From positions 1 to 45,944 of the IMG/VR virus record IMGVR_UViG_3300042401_002914: 45,944 nucleotides of DNA. One strand, written 5' to 3'. The position numbers were made by a program, and so were the translations under genes. Source of the DNA: a virus. Its lineage: Duplodnaviria; Caudoviricetes. Positions 1-9,200 of the stretch are shown piece by piece (positions within the stretch are counted from its first letter, which is position 1; each line of letters starts with the position of its first letter). A model generated the notes under the pieces. The model saw only the letters and a program-made list of their open reading frames with translations. It was not told the DNA's origin and did no database searches.

Positions 1-623
1 TATTTTGCTCTTTTAATCCTCCTGAAAGATGGGTTGCAGGTCCACATTATATACCAATGATAGATGAGGCATGGATAGTTTTAAAAACTTATTCTGACCA
101 AGAAGATTTAACCAAATTTACTTTAAAAGGAAAAATTAAAAATCCAAAGGAGGATAATATAAAATTGCATTTTTATGATGTAAATAAAATTCAAACTGAT
201 CAAGATAAAGAGAGTGGTTTATACGAAGAGGAGATAGACTGGATTGACAATGCTATAAATTTAGGACCTATAGCTTCATTACAAAAAAAAGATAATGTTT
301 GGACTATCAAACAATTTTTAAAAGAAAACTATATATTCTGTGATTTTTTTGATTCTAAAATTTTTGAAAAATGCAATACCGATTTATTCAATCTTAATCA
401 TAAAACTGTAATGAACCAAAATGAAAAAGAATTGAATTATAAACTGTCTTCACAAAAAGAAATAGTTACAGATTATATTAACTATCCAACTATTGAAGAA
501 TTCAAGGGGTATATTAAATATAAAAGATATCAAAGCCTAAATGATTTCCAATTAAAATTTCCTTATCAATTTCCTCATTTAGAGATAATAGAATCGTATA
601 ATACTTCCAATTTTGATTTTTAA
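1..623 (+). CDS. Hypothetical protein, 5'-truncated (possibly virion-associated)
   Basis: ORF 57..623; the frame is open from position 3, so the gene probably starts upstream of the window. No recognisable motif. Confidence 0.6.
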   Translation, partial: FCSFNPPERWVAGPHYIPMIDEAWIVLKTYSDQEDLTKFTLKGKIKNPKEDNIKLHFYDVNKIQTDQDKESGLYEEEIDWIDNAINLGPIASLQKKDNVWTIKQFLKENYIFCDFFDSKIFEKCNTDLFNLNHKTVMNQNEKELNYKLSSQKEIVTDYINYPTIEEFKGYIKYKRYQSLNDFQLKFPYQFPHLEIIESYNTSNFDF

Positions 624-1542
624 AAAAATGGCAAGATTAAGAGAAAAAGGTTTAAAACCATTTGAATGTCAATATATAGAACCTGATTCTATTTATGTAA
701 ACTATGGTACAGTAATTTGTCCAGCTTCCAATTCAACAGATAATATATTTATACCAAAAAATATAAATGGTAAATATATAAATAAACTTTTAGATTATAC
801 AGGTCCCGGTCCACTTTCTGAACCTAATATTATAGATATAAATGGAGCACAAAAAGGCGTTGTATGTTTAAATATTACATTCAAAGATATAGAACAGTAT
901 ATTAAAGAAAATATAGATGAATGGGAACAAGCTTTATTTTCTAAAAATCAAGAATTGTGTAAAAAATATTTAAATGAAACATCTAGCTCATCATTTTTAA
1001 GGACTATAACATCTGATTTAACTTTAGATAATTTAGATTTGCAAAATCCAGAGTTAGGTTTAAGAGATGCAACACTTGTACCAATATTTGAAATAATAAA
1101 ACCTGATTCTCCTGAAGCGTCGGAAACAATAAATAAAATAAAAGAAGATATAGTAAGAGAAAAAGAAATATATGTAAATTGGAATCCTGAAAGTTCAGCT
1201 TATTATACTGAAGTTGACCCATTAGATATCTTTAATGAGTCTTCTTCTTTCGTAGCTCAACCAAGAAAATGGATAAATTCAACACAACTTATGCCATTAG
1301 TTAATTTTTCTGCTCCTATTTTAGATGTTAAAGTAGAATTTCATCAATCGGATTTGAGCAAAGAAGATGAAGAGAAATTGGATAAATATAACTTTGTAAT
1401 AGAATCATCTAAATTAGTGCCAATAGCTTATTTCAATATTAATGAAAAAATAATATTAGAACAAATTATAGATTTTGATTATATATTTAGCTTTCCTTTC
1501 TATTTTAATTATAATTTATCTACAGAATTTATAAAAAAATAA
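613..1542 (+). CDS. Hypothetical protein (possibly virion-associated)
   Basis: 309-aa ORF; ATG at 628 (MARLREK) is a likelier start. No recognisable motif. Confidence 0.65.
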   Translation: MIFKKMARLREKGLKPFECQYIEPDSIYVNYGTVICPASNSTDNIFIPKNINGKYINKLLDYTGPGPLSEPNIIDINGAQKGVVCLNITFKDIEQYIKENIDEWEQALFSKNQELCKKYLNETSSSSFLRTITSDLTLDNLDLQNPELGLRDATLVPIFEIIKPDSPEASETINKIKEDIVREKEIYVNWNPESSAYYTEVDPLDIFNESSSFVAQPRKWINSTQLMPLVNFSAPILDVKVEFHQSDLSKEDEEKLDKYNFVIESSKLVPIAYFNINEKIILEQIIDFDYIFSFPFYFNYNLSTEFIKK

Positions 1543-1546
1543 AAAA

Positions 1547-2917
1547 ATGACAAATGAAGTTTATTTTCCATTCAATATTTATTTAATTGAAAAAGATGGA
1601 AATAGTTATAAATTTGGAGTAAATGGAGGGGATATAAATTCTTTTGTATTCAATACATATGTATCAGAATTTTCATCTAATAATTTTATTCCACCAGTAG
1701 AAGACTCTAATTTAGCTAATAAGAATCCTTTTTATCCTAGAAATTCTTCTGGTAAACCTTTATTTGATTATAATGAAAATTTAGATCAAGATGAAAAAGA
1801 AGTTCAAGAAAGAGTAACTTTTACAATACAAGATAGTTGCGATGTATATTTGACTATTCCTAAAATACCAGCTTCTTTTTATGATTATCAAGCGGATAAA
1901 TCAAAATGGTATTATGGTTCAGCTCCTTCTGATTTTATAAATCAGTTTACTATTGTTACTTCAGCAGATGAAGGGTTCAATGAAAAATATTTAAAAAATA
2001 CTCTTACGAAAGGTGATAAAGGAGAGCCGAATTTATTACCAGCAGGTTTTGTTTATTTAAACGATGAAGATTTTCCCGGCAGGATATATATAAAAATAGC
2101 TAATATACAAATAAATAATAATGGAGTTTCTATAAATTATTTTTTTAGATCTAATGTTATTTCTCCTCTTAGATATTTTAGATTAGGTAGTTTAAAAATG
2201 AGAAATATTAAAATAATTTTTAAAACTATTTCAGAATATCCATCCGAAACTTTTTTACCATCTAAAGAAACAAAAACTATAAAAGGAATGGAGGATGATC
2301 CTTTAACTGATGCAGATGAGTCTACAGAAGATGAAGAAGTTGAAATTCCTTTTAATATGGCAAAAGTTTGGCTTCCTATAATTGGGGCTCAAGAAACTAT
2401 TTCAACATTTGATAGCCCATATCTTTTTAATAAATCTATAAGTGAAATAGAAAATTCATGTAAAAAATTAATAGAAAATAAAATAAATTTTATTAATAAT
2501 TCTTATTTTTATGGAACTTATTCAGGTAGAACAAGTGGAGCTCAGGGTTATTCAAGCGCATTCTATAAATCATTAGGCGCTAAATATAAAAAAAATAAAG
2601 TTAAAGTATATCAAATAATTCTCATTTATAAAGAGACTACAAATGGAAAATTAATTGTTAAAAATTTGTTTGAAGATGTAGTAGCTTATAACGCATTAAT
2701 AAATGGAGTTAAACAAAAAAATTCTAAAATTTTTCAATCATCAGGATTTTCAAATACGGCAAAAGAAGTTGTAGAAAAAAAACCAATGACGGAAACTGAG
2801 GCTTATATTTTATTAAATTTAGAAGAAACACTACTTCAAAGAAAAGAAGGTAAACCCGATAAATACATAAAACTCAATCCTGATAAAATTGTAGAACTAA
2901 TTGGTTTTGCTAAATAG
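1547..2917 (+). CDS. Hypothetical protein (possibly tail/virion)
   Basis: 456-aa ORF tightly packed after the previous gene. No recognisable motif; the virion role is inferred from position only. Confidence 0.65.
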   Translation: MTNEVYFPFNIYLIEKDGNSYKFGVNGGDINSFVFNTYVSEFSSNNFIPPVEDSNLANKNPFYPRNSSGKPLFDYNENLDQDEKEVQERVTFTIQDSCDVYLTIPKIPASFYDYQADKSKWYYGSAPSDFINQFTIVTSADEGFNEKYLKNTLTKGDKGEPNLLPAGFVYLNDEDFPGRIYIKIANIQINNNGVSINYFFRSNVISPLRYFRLGSLKMRNIKIIFKTISEYPSETFLPSKETKTIKGMEDDPLTDADESTEDEEVEIPFNMAKVWLPIIGAQETISTFDSPYLFNKSISEIENSCKKLIENKINFINNSYFYGTYSGRTSGAQGYSSAFYKSLGAKYKKNKVKVYQIILIYKETTNGKLIVKNLFEDVVAYNALINGVKQKNSKIFQSSGFSNTAKEVVEKKPMTETEAYILLNLEETLLQRKEGKPDKYIKLNPDKIVELIGFAK

Positions 2918-2937
2918 TAGAAAATTTAAAAAAGTTG

Positions 2938-2966
2938 TTGACAAACGAAATTTTATACTCTATGGG
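2938..2966 (+). promoter_or_regulatory. Possible sigma70-like promoter for the structured RNA
   Basis: Perfect TTGACA at 2938-2943; the -10 is poor (TATGGG at 17-nt spacing). Confidence 0.35.
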
Positions 2967-2985
2967 TGAAAAGTTAATTTAAATA

Positions 2986-3369
2986 GCGGCCTCATTTGCC
3001 GCAATGGGTCCGGGACTCCCAAAGCCGGATGTCATTCAAGAAAATCGCATGGTGCTCTGACTCGGGACTTGTCAACACCAACATCCGAAAGGGTGCACCG
3101 AAGTTGAGAGTTTGAGTGCTTGTTCAGTAGTTTCTACAGCTACGATCTAATAAATCTAGTGGGCAGATGAATAAGTCGGTTGGGTAAAGGGCTTCTATCC
3201 AATTTTGATACGTCAATAAGAACCTCATGGGTCGCCGAAAGGCGAGTCCAAACTGACTAAAGGAAACTTTTTTAAGCAAGCGATTTAAACTTGTTCAGGC
3301 ATACAAATACCTCTGTTTTTTTTCAAAAACAGGTGGGTAAGAAGTCCCCTGACTAGAAGGAAAGCTTCT
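2986..3369 (+). ncRNA. Putative large structured non-coding RNA, family unassigned
   Basis: No ORF of 60 aa or more; visibly GC-richer than its flanks. About ten hairpins, including three GAAA tetraloops (3087-90, 3237-40, 3263-66) and one UACG loop (3209-12). Long helix 3110-3124/3275-3290. Loop GGGACTT 3064-70 is complementary to AAGTCCC 3342-48. G-U pairs orient it on +. Confidence 0.75.
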
Positions 3370-3433
3370 TATTATTCTTCCTTTATGTATTTATATGTAT
3401 ATAGTATATTTATATAAGAGACATATTATATTA

Positions 3434-3461
3434 TTGACTTTATAAAAATAGAGATTAATTT
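3434..3461 (+). promoter_or_regulatory. sigma70-like promoter TTGACT-N16-TAATTT
   Basis: -35 at 3434-39, -10 at 3456-61; the expected start site falls near ATG 3468, suggesting a leaderless mRNA. Confidence 0.4.
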
Positions 3462-3812
3462 ATGAGTATGAATTTTAAAACAAAAGATAGTGGAGCTAGA
3501 CAAAGTTTTGAATCTGGAGCAAAAAGAGATACTCAAGAAGGGAAACCTAGATTTGATCTGATTTCTCCTTTTATGATGACCAGATTAGCTTCTTTGATGG
3601 AAAGAGGAGCTGTAAAATATGATGAATGGAATTGGGAAAAGGGAATGCCTTTTTCAAGATTCTTTGCAAGTGCATTCAGACACTTGATGCAGTATTGGAA
3701 AGGAGATAGAGATGAAGATCATCTTGCTGCTGTAATTTTCAATTTGATGGCAATCATTCACTTTGAAGAAATAGGAAGAGAAGACTTAAACGATTTAAAA
3801 AAATGGAAATAG
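3462..3812 (+). CDS. dATP/dGTP diphosphohydrolase domain protein (DUF5664)
   Basis: SGAKRD..GKPRFDLI...GAVKY..WNWEKGM...SAFRHL..W.G...EDHLAA..FN pattern typical of this phage family. Confidence 0.85.
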   Translation: MSMNFKTKDSGARQSFESGAKRDTQEGKPRFDLISPFMMTRLASLMERGAVKYDEWNWEKGMPFSRFFASAFRHLMQYWKGDRDEDHLAAVIFNLMAIIHFEEIGREDLNDLKKWK

Positions 3813-4117
3813 TAGAAATAATAAAAACATCAACTATTTGCGTTTTCATATTCTTCCTATTGAATTTCGCTACAATACTTGAGTATCCAATGTCTAAATT
3901 TTATAAGTATATAGATCTTGCAGGAGGAAAAAAAACAACTTATGGATATATGTGTAGAAAACTAAGATATATGCTGGGTTGTATTTTTTGTTTAACTTTT
4001 TGGTATTGTTTAGTTTTTGATATAAATAATTTATTTTATTCTCCTGTTTTTGCTACTATAATAAATTCTTTGTTTTTGAAATCTTTTAGCAACTTGAAAA
4101 AAACTGGTGAATATTAA
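3803..4117 (+). CDS. Small membrane protein (DUF1360-like CxxC..W motif)
   Basis: Hydrophobic segments and an LGCIFCLTFW motif. Confidence 0.5.
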   Translation: MEIVEIIKTSTICVFIFFLLNFATILEYPMSKFYKYIDLAGGKKTTYGYMCRKLRYMLGCIFCLTFWYCLVFDINNLFYSPVFATIINSLFLKSFSNLKKTGEY

Positions 4118-4469
4118 TTTTTATTTATCTCATATAATAAAAAGCTCTAGTGGTTTTGCAGAAACTTTAACTGGAGAGTTTTTGTATTTTTGCATTCAAA
4201 TAATTTCATGTACAGGATCTGATAAAAAATCAGTAACTTATATTGAAGCTAATGAAAAAAAATTCTTCAATTGTAAAGATGATAAAGAATTTTCTTTAGT
4301 TATTAAAAATATTTTAAAAAAATACAAACCATTTACTCCAGAAATATTGTATATAGATAAAGCTTACGATCTTGAACTTTGCTATTGTATTATTGAAAGC
4401 TTCCTAAGGGGAGAATCGAATTTACAAGAAAAGATTGATGAGTATAATTTAAAAAAAGGTTTAGAATGA
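4107..4469 (+). CDS. Hypothetical protein
   Basis: 120-aa ORF with GTG start, overlapping both neighbours in operon fashion. Confidence 0.6.
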   Translation: MNINFYLSHIIKSSSGFAETLTGEFLYFCIQIISCTGSDKKSVTYIEANEKKFFNCKDDKEFSLVIKNILKKYKPFTPEILYIDKAYDLELCYCIIESFLRGESNLQEKIDEYNLKKGLE

Positions 4470-5539
4470 ATATAAATTTAGAATTGCCAATTAATGGACT
4501 GTCTTTTGGTCAGGTATCATTTGGGATATTAAAAGAATTTTTTGATAGAAAATTTCTTCCTAATCTTTTCCCTATTGGTCAAGTTGATTTAAAAGCTTAT
4601 GATATTGATAAACCATTTTTTGATTGGTTGCAATTTTGCTGTCAAAAAGCTCATGCTAATTTCTCTCGTAAATTTCCTACGATTAGACTTTGGCATTTAA
4701 TTGAATCTGAAAGACGTTTATCAGACAAAACTATTTTATGGACATTCCATGAAACAGATACTCTAACTAAAGTTGAAAAAAATATTATTAAAAATAATGA
4801 CTTGGTATTGTTCTCTAGCAATTACTCTTATGAGATTGCCAAGTCTGAAGGTTTAGAAAATGTAGGAGTCTGCCATCCTTATTTTGATTCTATACATGTA
4901 AAAGCTGATCCTCTTGTTCCAAGAGTTGACGCTATTAACTTTTTACTTATTGGAAAATTTGAAAAAAGAAAACATACAGAAAAAATAATTCGAATATGGA
5001 AGAAACTTTTTGGGAATGACAAAAGGTATAGATTAAATTGTTTAATAGATAATCCTTTTATCGAAAGAGAAAGTTGGGGAGAAATTTTGAATAGAGTATT
5101 CGAAGGATCTATTCCTTGGAATATTAATCTAATTCCTCGTCAAGATAAAAATTCAGAAGTAAACAAACTAATGAATTCTTGTGATATTGATCTATCTGGT
5201 CTTTCTGGTGCTGAAGGATTTAATCTTCCTTTGTTTAATATGCTTTCTCTAAATAAAGTTTGTGTAGCAATGGATGCCCATGCTCATTCTGATTTTATTA
5301 ATAATGGTAATGCTGTTATCGTAAAATCTTCTCAGAAGATTCCTATTTATGATGACGCATTTTTTAAATTAGGTAATATAATTAATCAGGGTAATATGTT
5401 TGACTTTGACGAAAATGAAGTAGAAGGTAAAATTATGGAAGCCGTTGAATTTTTTAATTCTGGTGAGAAAACTATATCAACTCTTCCTAGTGTATTTAGT
5501 GTACAAAATACTGTAGATACACTATTATCAAAAATATGA
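4466..5539 (+). CDS. GT-B glycosyltransferase (GT4-like)
   Basis: FLLIGKFEKRKH and SGAEGFNLP motifs; WTFHETD in the N-terminal domain. Confidence 0.85.
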   Translation: MNINLELPINGLSFGQVSFGILKEFFDRKFLPNLFPIGQVDLKAYDIDKPFFDWLQFCCQKAHANFSRKFPTIRLWHLIESERRLSDKTILWTFHETDTLTKVEKNIIKNNDLVLFSSNYSYEIAKSEGLENVGVCHPYFDSIHVKADPLVPRVDAINFLLIGKFEKRKHTEKIIRIWKKLFGNDKRYRLNCLIDNPFIERESWGEILNRVFEGSIPWNINLIPRQDKNSEVNKLMNSCDIDLSGLSGAEGFNLPLFNMLSLNKVCVAMDAHAHSDFINNGNAVIVKSSQKIPIYDDAFFKLGNIINQGNMFDFDENEVEGKIMEAVEFFNSGEKTISTLPSVFSVQNTVDTLLSKI

Positions 5540-6153
5540 AATGGGATATAAATGCTCCAAACTTTGTTCAAGGGATTAATGGGCCTAGAAGTTTTTACTT
5601 AACTGAATTTTCTTCAACTACAGTAAAAGCTTTAAGCAATAGAATCAATGAGGCTATAGAACTGGAGCAAATACTTTTCCCTATTCATATTGAGTCTCCC
5701 GGAGGAGATATTTCATCTTTAAAAGCTATTCTTTCTATCCTCTATTCTGCTAGAAAAAAAGGTTTGAAAATTGCTACAATCACAGCTGGTGAGGCTTCTT
5801 CTGCTGGGGCTTTCATCTTCTGTTTTGGAGATGAAGGTTTCCGTTTCATGGGAGAGTATGCAGGCTTGATGCTGCATGGTATTCAGGTTTCTTCTATTCC
5901 AGATGGAAGAGCTAGTGAACAAAAAGAATTTTTTAATGCTTTAATGAAGGAGGAGGAAGAGATACTAAAAATAATTTCTTCTCATTTAAAAGGTCCTAAA
6001 AATAAAGAATGGCTTAAAAAAGAATTAAATAAAAGAAAAGATTTGGATTGGTATTTGAATGCTCAGGAAGCTTTGGATTTAGGTATTACTACTCATATAG
6101 GTTTACCAATTTTTTCTTTAAAATTAACCCCGGAAATTTCTGTAAATATTTAG
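5536..6153 (+). CDS. ClpP-like serine protease
   Basis: IESPGGD, ASSAG (catalytic Ser), LMLH (His), DWYLNAQEALDLG (Asp region). Confidence 0.85.
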   Translation: MKWDINAPNFVQGINGPRSFYLTEFSSTTVKALSNRINEAIELEQILFPIHIESPGGDISSLKAILSILYSARKKGLKIATITAGEASSAGAFIFCFGDEGFRFMGEYAGLMLHGIQVSSIPDGRASEQKEFFNALMKEEEEILKIISSHLKGPKNKEWLKKELNKRKDLDWYLNAQEALDLGITTHIGLPIFSLKLTPEISVNI

Positions 6154-6174
6154 AAAAGTGTAAGTACAATTCCT

Positions 6175-6513
6175 ATGATATATATTTATGAAAATCCCGA
6201 TTCTAAAGAGAGAATCGAAGTCGTTCAAAGTATGAATGATGAACACGTGTACGAAGAAAACGGTGTTCAATGGAATAGAGTTTGGACTATTCCTCACACA
6301 AGTATAGACACTAAAATTGATCCTTTTTCCTCTAGGGATTTTTTAAATAAAACAAATAAAAAAGGAACTATTGGAGATTTGCAGGATAGAGCTCAAGAAC
6401 TTTCCCATATGAGGAAAGAAAAACTAGGTAAAGATCCTATTCTTGAAAAAGAGGTTGCAAAGTACAAAAAGAAGTATAACGTCGCTCATCCCTCAGAAAT
6501 AAAAAGGAATTAA
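6175..6513 (+). CDS. FmdB-like small protein (zinc ribbon lacking Cys)
   Basis: MIYIY...E..EVVQSMND N-terminus resembles the FmdB pattern, but the protein has no cysteines. Confidence 0.5.
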   Translation: MIYIYENPDSKERIEVVQSMNDEHVYEENGVQWNRVWTIPHTSIDTKIDPFSSRDFLNKTNKKGTIGDLQDRAQELSHMRKEKLGKDPILEKEVAKYKKKYNVAHPSEIKRN

Positions 6514-6515
6514 TT

Positions 6516-7487
6516 ATGATTTTCGAAGAACAAATCTCTAGGAAGCCAGACCGCTATCCTTGGAGTCAAGAATTTATTTCGGCAATGCACGATGGATTTT
6601 GGACTAATAAAGAGTTTAATTTCCAAAGCGACTTACAGGATTTTAAAGTTAAACTTTCTGAAAAGGAAAGAGAAATAATTGTAAAAGCTTTAACTACTAT
6701 TGGCCAGCTAGAAATTTCTGTAAAAAAGTTTTGGTCTAAGTTGGGTGATAACCTACCTCATCCTTCAATGAATGATCTAGGCTTCGTTATGGCTAATACA
6801 GAGGTTATACATGGTGATGCTTATGAAAGGCTATTAGAAGTACTAGGATTAGAAACCGCTTTTGATGATATTCTAAAATTGGATATTATAAAAGGTAGAG
6901 TTAATTATCTTCGGAAACATCTTCATAAGTTTCATTCTGATAATAAAAAACAATTCATTTATTCTATAATACTTTTCACATTATTTGTTGAAAATATTGC
7001 ATTGTTTTCTCAATTCTACATTATCAATTGGTTTGGTCGTTATAAGAATCTTCTCAAGGATACAAATAAACAGGTAGAGTATACTTCTAGAGAAGAAAAT
7101 CTTCATGCTATCGTTGGCATTAAAATCATTAATACTATTCGTTCTGAGTATCCAGAGCTTTTTGATGAAGAGCTTGAAGCAAAGGTAATGTATGAATCTG
7201 AACAAGCCGTCAAATATGAATGTGAAATTATTGACTGGATTGTAAATGGATTCGAATCTGAAAAATTAAATTCTCCTCTTCTGAAGAATTTTATTAAAAA
7301 CCGTATGAATGAATCTTTAGTTAGCATCGGATATAAAAAGATATTCGAAGTAGATCAAGATTTAATTTCTAAAACAGATTGGTTTGACGAACAGCTCCAT
7401 GGAAATAATATGACAGATTTTTTCCACTCTCGTCCAACTGAGTACGCAAGATCAAATAAAAGTTTTGGAGAAGAAGATCTGTTTTAA
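6516..7487 (+). CDS. nrdB: Ribonucleotide reductase class I beta subunit
   Basis: FW...EF, EVIHGDAY (metal ligands and radical Tyr), VENIALFSQF, SREENLH, C-terminal DFFHSRPTEY. Confidence 0.95.
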   Translation: MIFEEQISRKPDRYPWSQEFISAMHDGFWTNKEFNFQSDLQDFKVKLSEKEREIIVKALTTIGQLEISVKKFWSKLGDNLPHPSMNDLGFVMANTEVIHGDAYERLLEVLGLETAFDDILKLDIIKGRVNYLRKHLHKFHSDNKKQFIYSIILFTLFVENIALFSQFYIINWFGRYKNLLKDTNKQVEYTSREENLHAIVGIKIINTIRSEYPELFDEELEAKVMYESEQAVKYECEIIDWIVNGFESEKLNSPLLKNFIKNRMNESLVSIGYKKIFEVDQDLISKTDWFDEQLHGNNMTDFFHSRPTEYARSNKSFGEEDLF

Positions 7488-7499
7488 TACAGATACGCC

Positions 7500-7527
7500 T
7501 TGACTTTTTAATTGTAGTATATATATT
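7500..7527 (+). promoter_or_regulatory. sigma70-like promoter TTGACT-N16-TATATT
   Basis: Intergenic; -10 ends 10 nt before the nrdA ATG. Confidence 0.45.
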
Positions 7528-7537
7528 GTTTTAGATT

Positions 7538-9187
7538 ATGGAAAAAGCTTACAAATGGCTAAATAGCCACAGCCGTCTTTTTTTAGAGAGAGGTTATTTA
7601 GAAGAGGGCGTCTCTCCAGAAGAGAGGGTAAAAGAAATAGCTAAGAATGCCGAGAGCATTCTTGGGATAGAAGGTTTTGCAGATAAGTTTGAGAAGTATA
7701 CTTCTCTTGGTTACTATAGTCTAAGTACTCCAGTATGGATTAACTATGGTAATAAAAGAGGTCTTCCTGTTTCTTGTTTTAATTCTCATATGGATGATAC
7801 AATGACCGATATTCTTTGGAAGGTCGGCGAAGTAGGGATCATGTCAAAAATGGGAGGAGGTACTTCTGGTTACTTTGGAGATCTTCGTAAAAGAGGTTCT
7901 AAAATAAGTTCTGGAGGAGAATCTAGTGGAGCTGTCCATTTTATGGAGCTTTTCGATAAAGTTTCAGATGTAGTTAGTCAAGGATCAGCTCGTAGAGGTA
8001 GCTTTGCAGCTTATCTTCCTGTAGAACATCCTGATATAGAAGAGTTTCTTATGATTCGTTCTGAAGGCCACGCTATTCAGAATATGAGCATTGGGGTAAC
8101 TATCTCTGATAACTGGATGAAGGAAATGATTGAAGGAGATAAAGATAAGAGAGGTATATGGGGTAAAATTGTAAAGAAACGCTTTGAAACTGGATATCCT
8201 TATATTTTCTTTACAGATACTGTAAATAATGCGGCTCCTCAAGTTTACAAAGATAAAGGTTATAAAATAAATTCAAGCAATTTATGCTCTGAAATAACTT
8301 TGCAATCAAATGGTTCTGAGAGCTTTGTTTGTGTTTTGTCTTCTTTGAATCTTCTCCATTGGGATGAAATTAAAGAAACGGATGCTGTTGAGACTTTGAT
8401 TTATTTCCTTGATACTGTTAATCAAGAATTTGTTGATAAAACAAAGGGTATGCGCTTCATGGAAGCTCCTCATGAGTTTGCTAAAAATCAAAGAGCTCTA
8501 GGAATGGGAGTCTTAGGATGGCATTCTCTACTTCAATCAAAAATGATGCCTTTTGAATCTTTAGATGCAAAGATGCTTAATTCTGATATTTGGAAGACTA
8601 TCAGGGAAAAAGCTGATAAAGCCTCTAAAGAACTTGCTGATTTATTTGGAGAACCAGAACTCCTTAAGGGTTACGGAAGAAGGAACGTAACGACAATTGC
8701 TGTTGCTCCTACTACTTCTTCATCATTTATTTTGGGACAGGTATCTCCGAGTATTGAGCCTTTAAATAGTAATTACTTTGTTAAGAAACTTGCTAAAGGA
8801 TCTTTTACTTTTAAAAATCCTTTCCTAAAAGAAGTTCTGAAGAAGTATAAGAATGACACAGATGAAGTTTGGAAATCTATTTTGATTAGAGGCGGCTCAG
8901 TTCAACATTTAGATTTCCTTTCTTCTGATGAAAAAGATGTATTCAAAACTTTTGGAGAAATCAGTCAGAAAGAAATTATTATTCAAGCTTCTCAAAGACA
9001 AAAATTCATTGATCAAAGCCAAAGCTTAAATATCATGATTCCTCCTGATATAAAGCCAAAAGAGGTAAGCGACTTGCTAATTGAAGCTTGGAGAATGGGA
9101 ATTAAAACATTGTATTATCAAAGATCAGCTAATCCTGCTCAGGAATTATCTAGAAATATAATGACGTGCACTAGTTGTGAATCTTAA
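7538..9187 (+). CDS. nrdA: Ribonucleotide reductase class I alpha subunit (compact, no ATP cone)
   Basis: PVSCF, QGSARRG, SNLCSEI, APTTSSS, KTLYYQRS, C-terminal CTSCES. Confidence 0.95.
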   Translation: MEKAYKWLNSHSRLFLERGYLEEGVSPEERVKEIAKNAESILGIEGFADKFEKYTSLGYYSLSTPVWINYGNKRGLPVSCFNSHMDDTMTDILWKVGEVGIMSKMGGGTSGYFGDLRKRGSKISSGGESSGAVHFMELFDKVSDVVSQGSARRGSFAAYLPVEHPDIEEFLMIRSEGHAIQNMSIGVTISDNWMKEMIEGDKDKRGIWGKIVKKRFETGYPYIFFTDTVNNAAPQVYKDKGYKINSSNLCSEITLQSNGSESFVCVLSSLNLLHWDEIKETDAVETLIYFLDTVNQEFVDKTKGMRFMEAPHEFAKNQRALGMGVLGWHSLLQSKMMPFESLDAKMLNSDIWKTIREKADKASKELADLFGEPELLKGYGRRNVTTIAVAPTTSSSFILGQVSPSIEPLNSNYFVKKLAKGSFTFKNPFLKEVLKKYKNDTDEVWKSILIRGGSVQHLDFLSSDEKDVFKTFGEISQKEIIIQASQRQKFIDQSQSLNIMIPPDIKPKEVSDLLIEAWRMGIKTLYYQRSANPAQELSRNIMTCTSCES

Positions 9188-9200
9188 AAATCATTAAATA

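Noticed and set aside
2986-3369. RNase P RNA, tmRNA, tRNA cluster, group I/II intron or hammerhead identity for the structured element
   Set aside because: I found no GAGGAAAGUCC/CR-V pair, no tRNA-like ends or T-loop cloverleaf, no P4-P6 domain ahead of the pseudoknot strand, no domain V and no CUGAnGA core, and the flanking genes are not interrupted. This is by eye only; cmscan is still needed.
3462-3812. Z-genome (2-aminoadenine) system
   Set aside because: No PurZ in the window; DUF5664 alone is insufficient.
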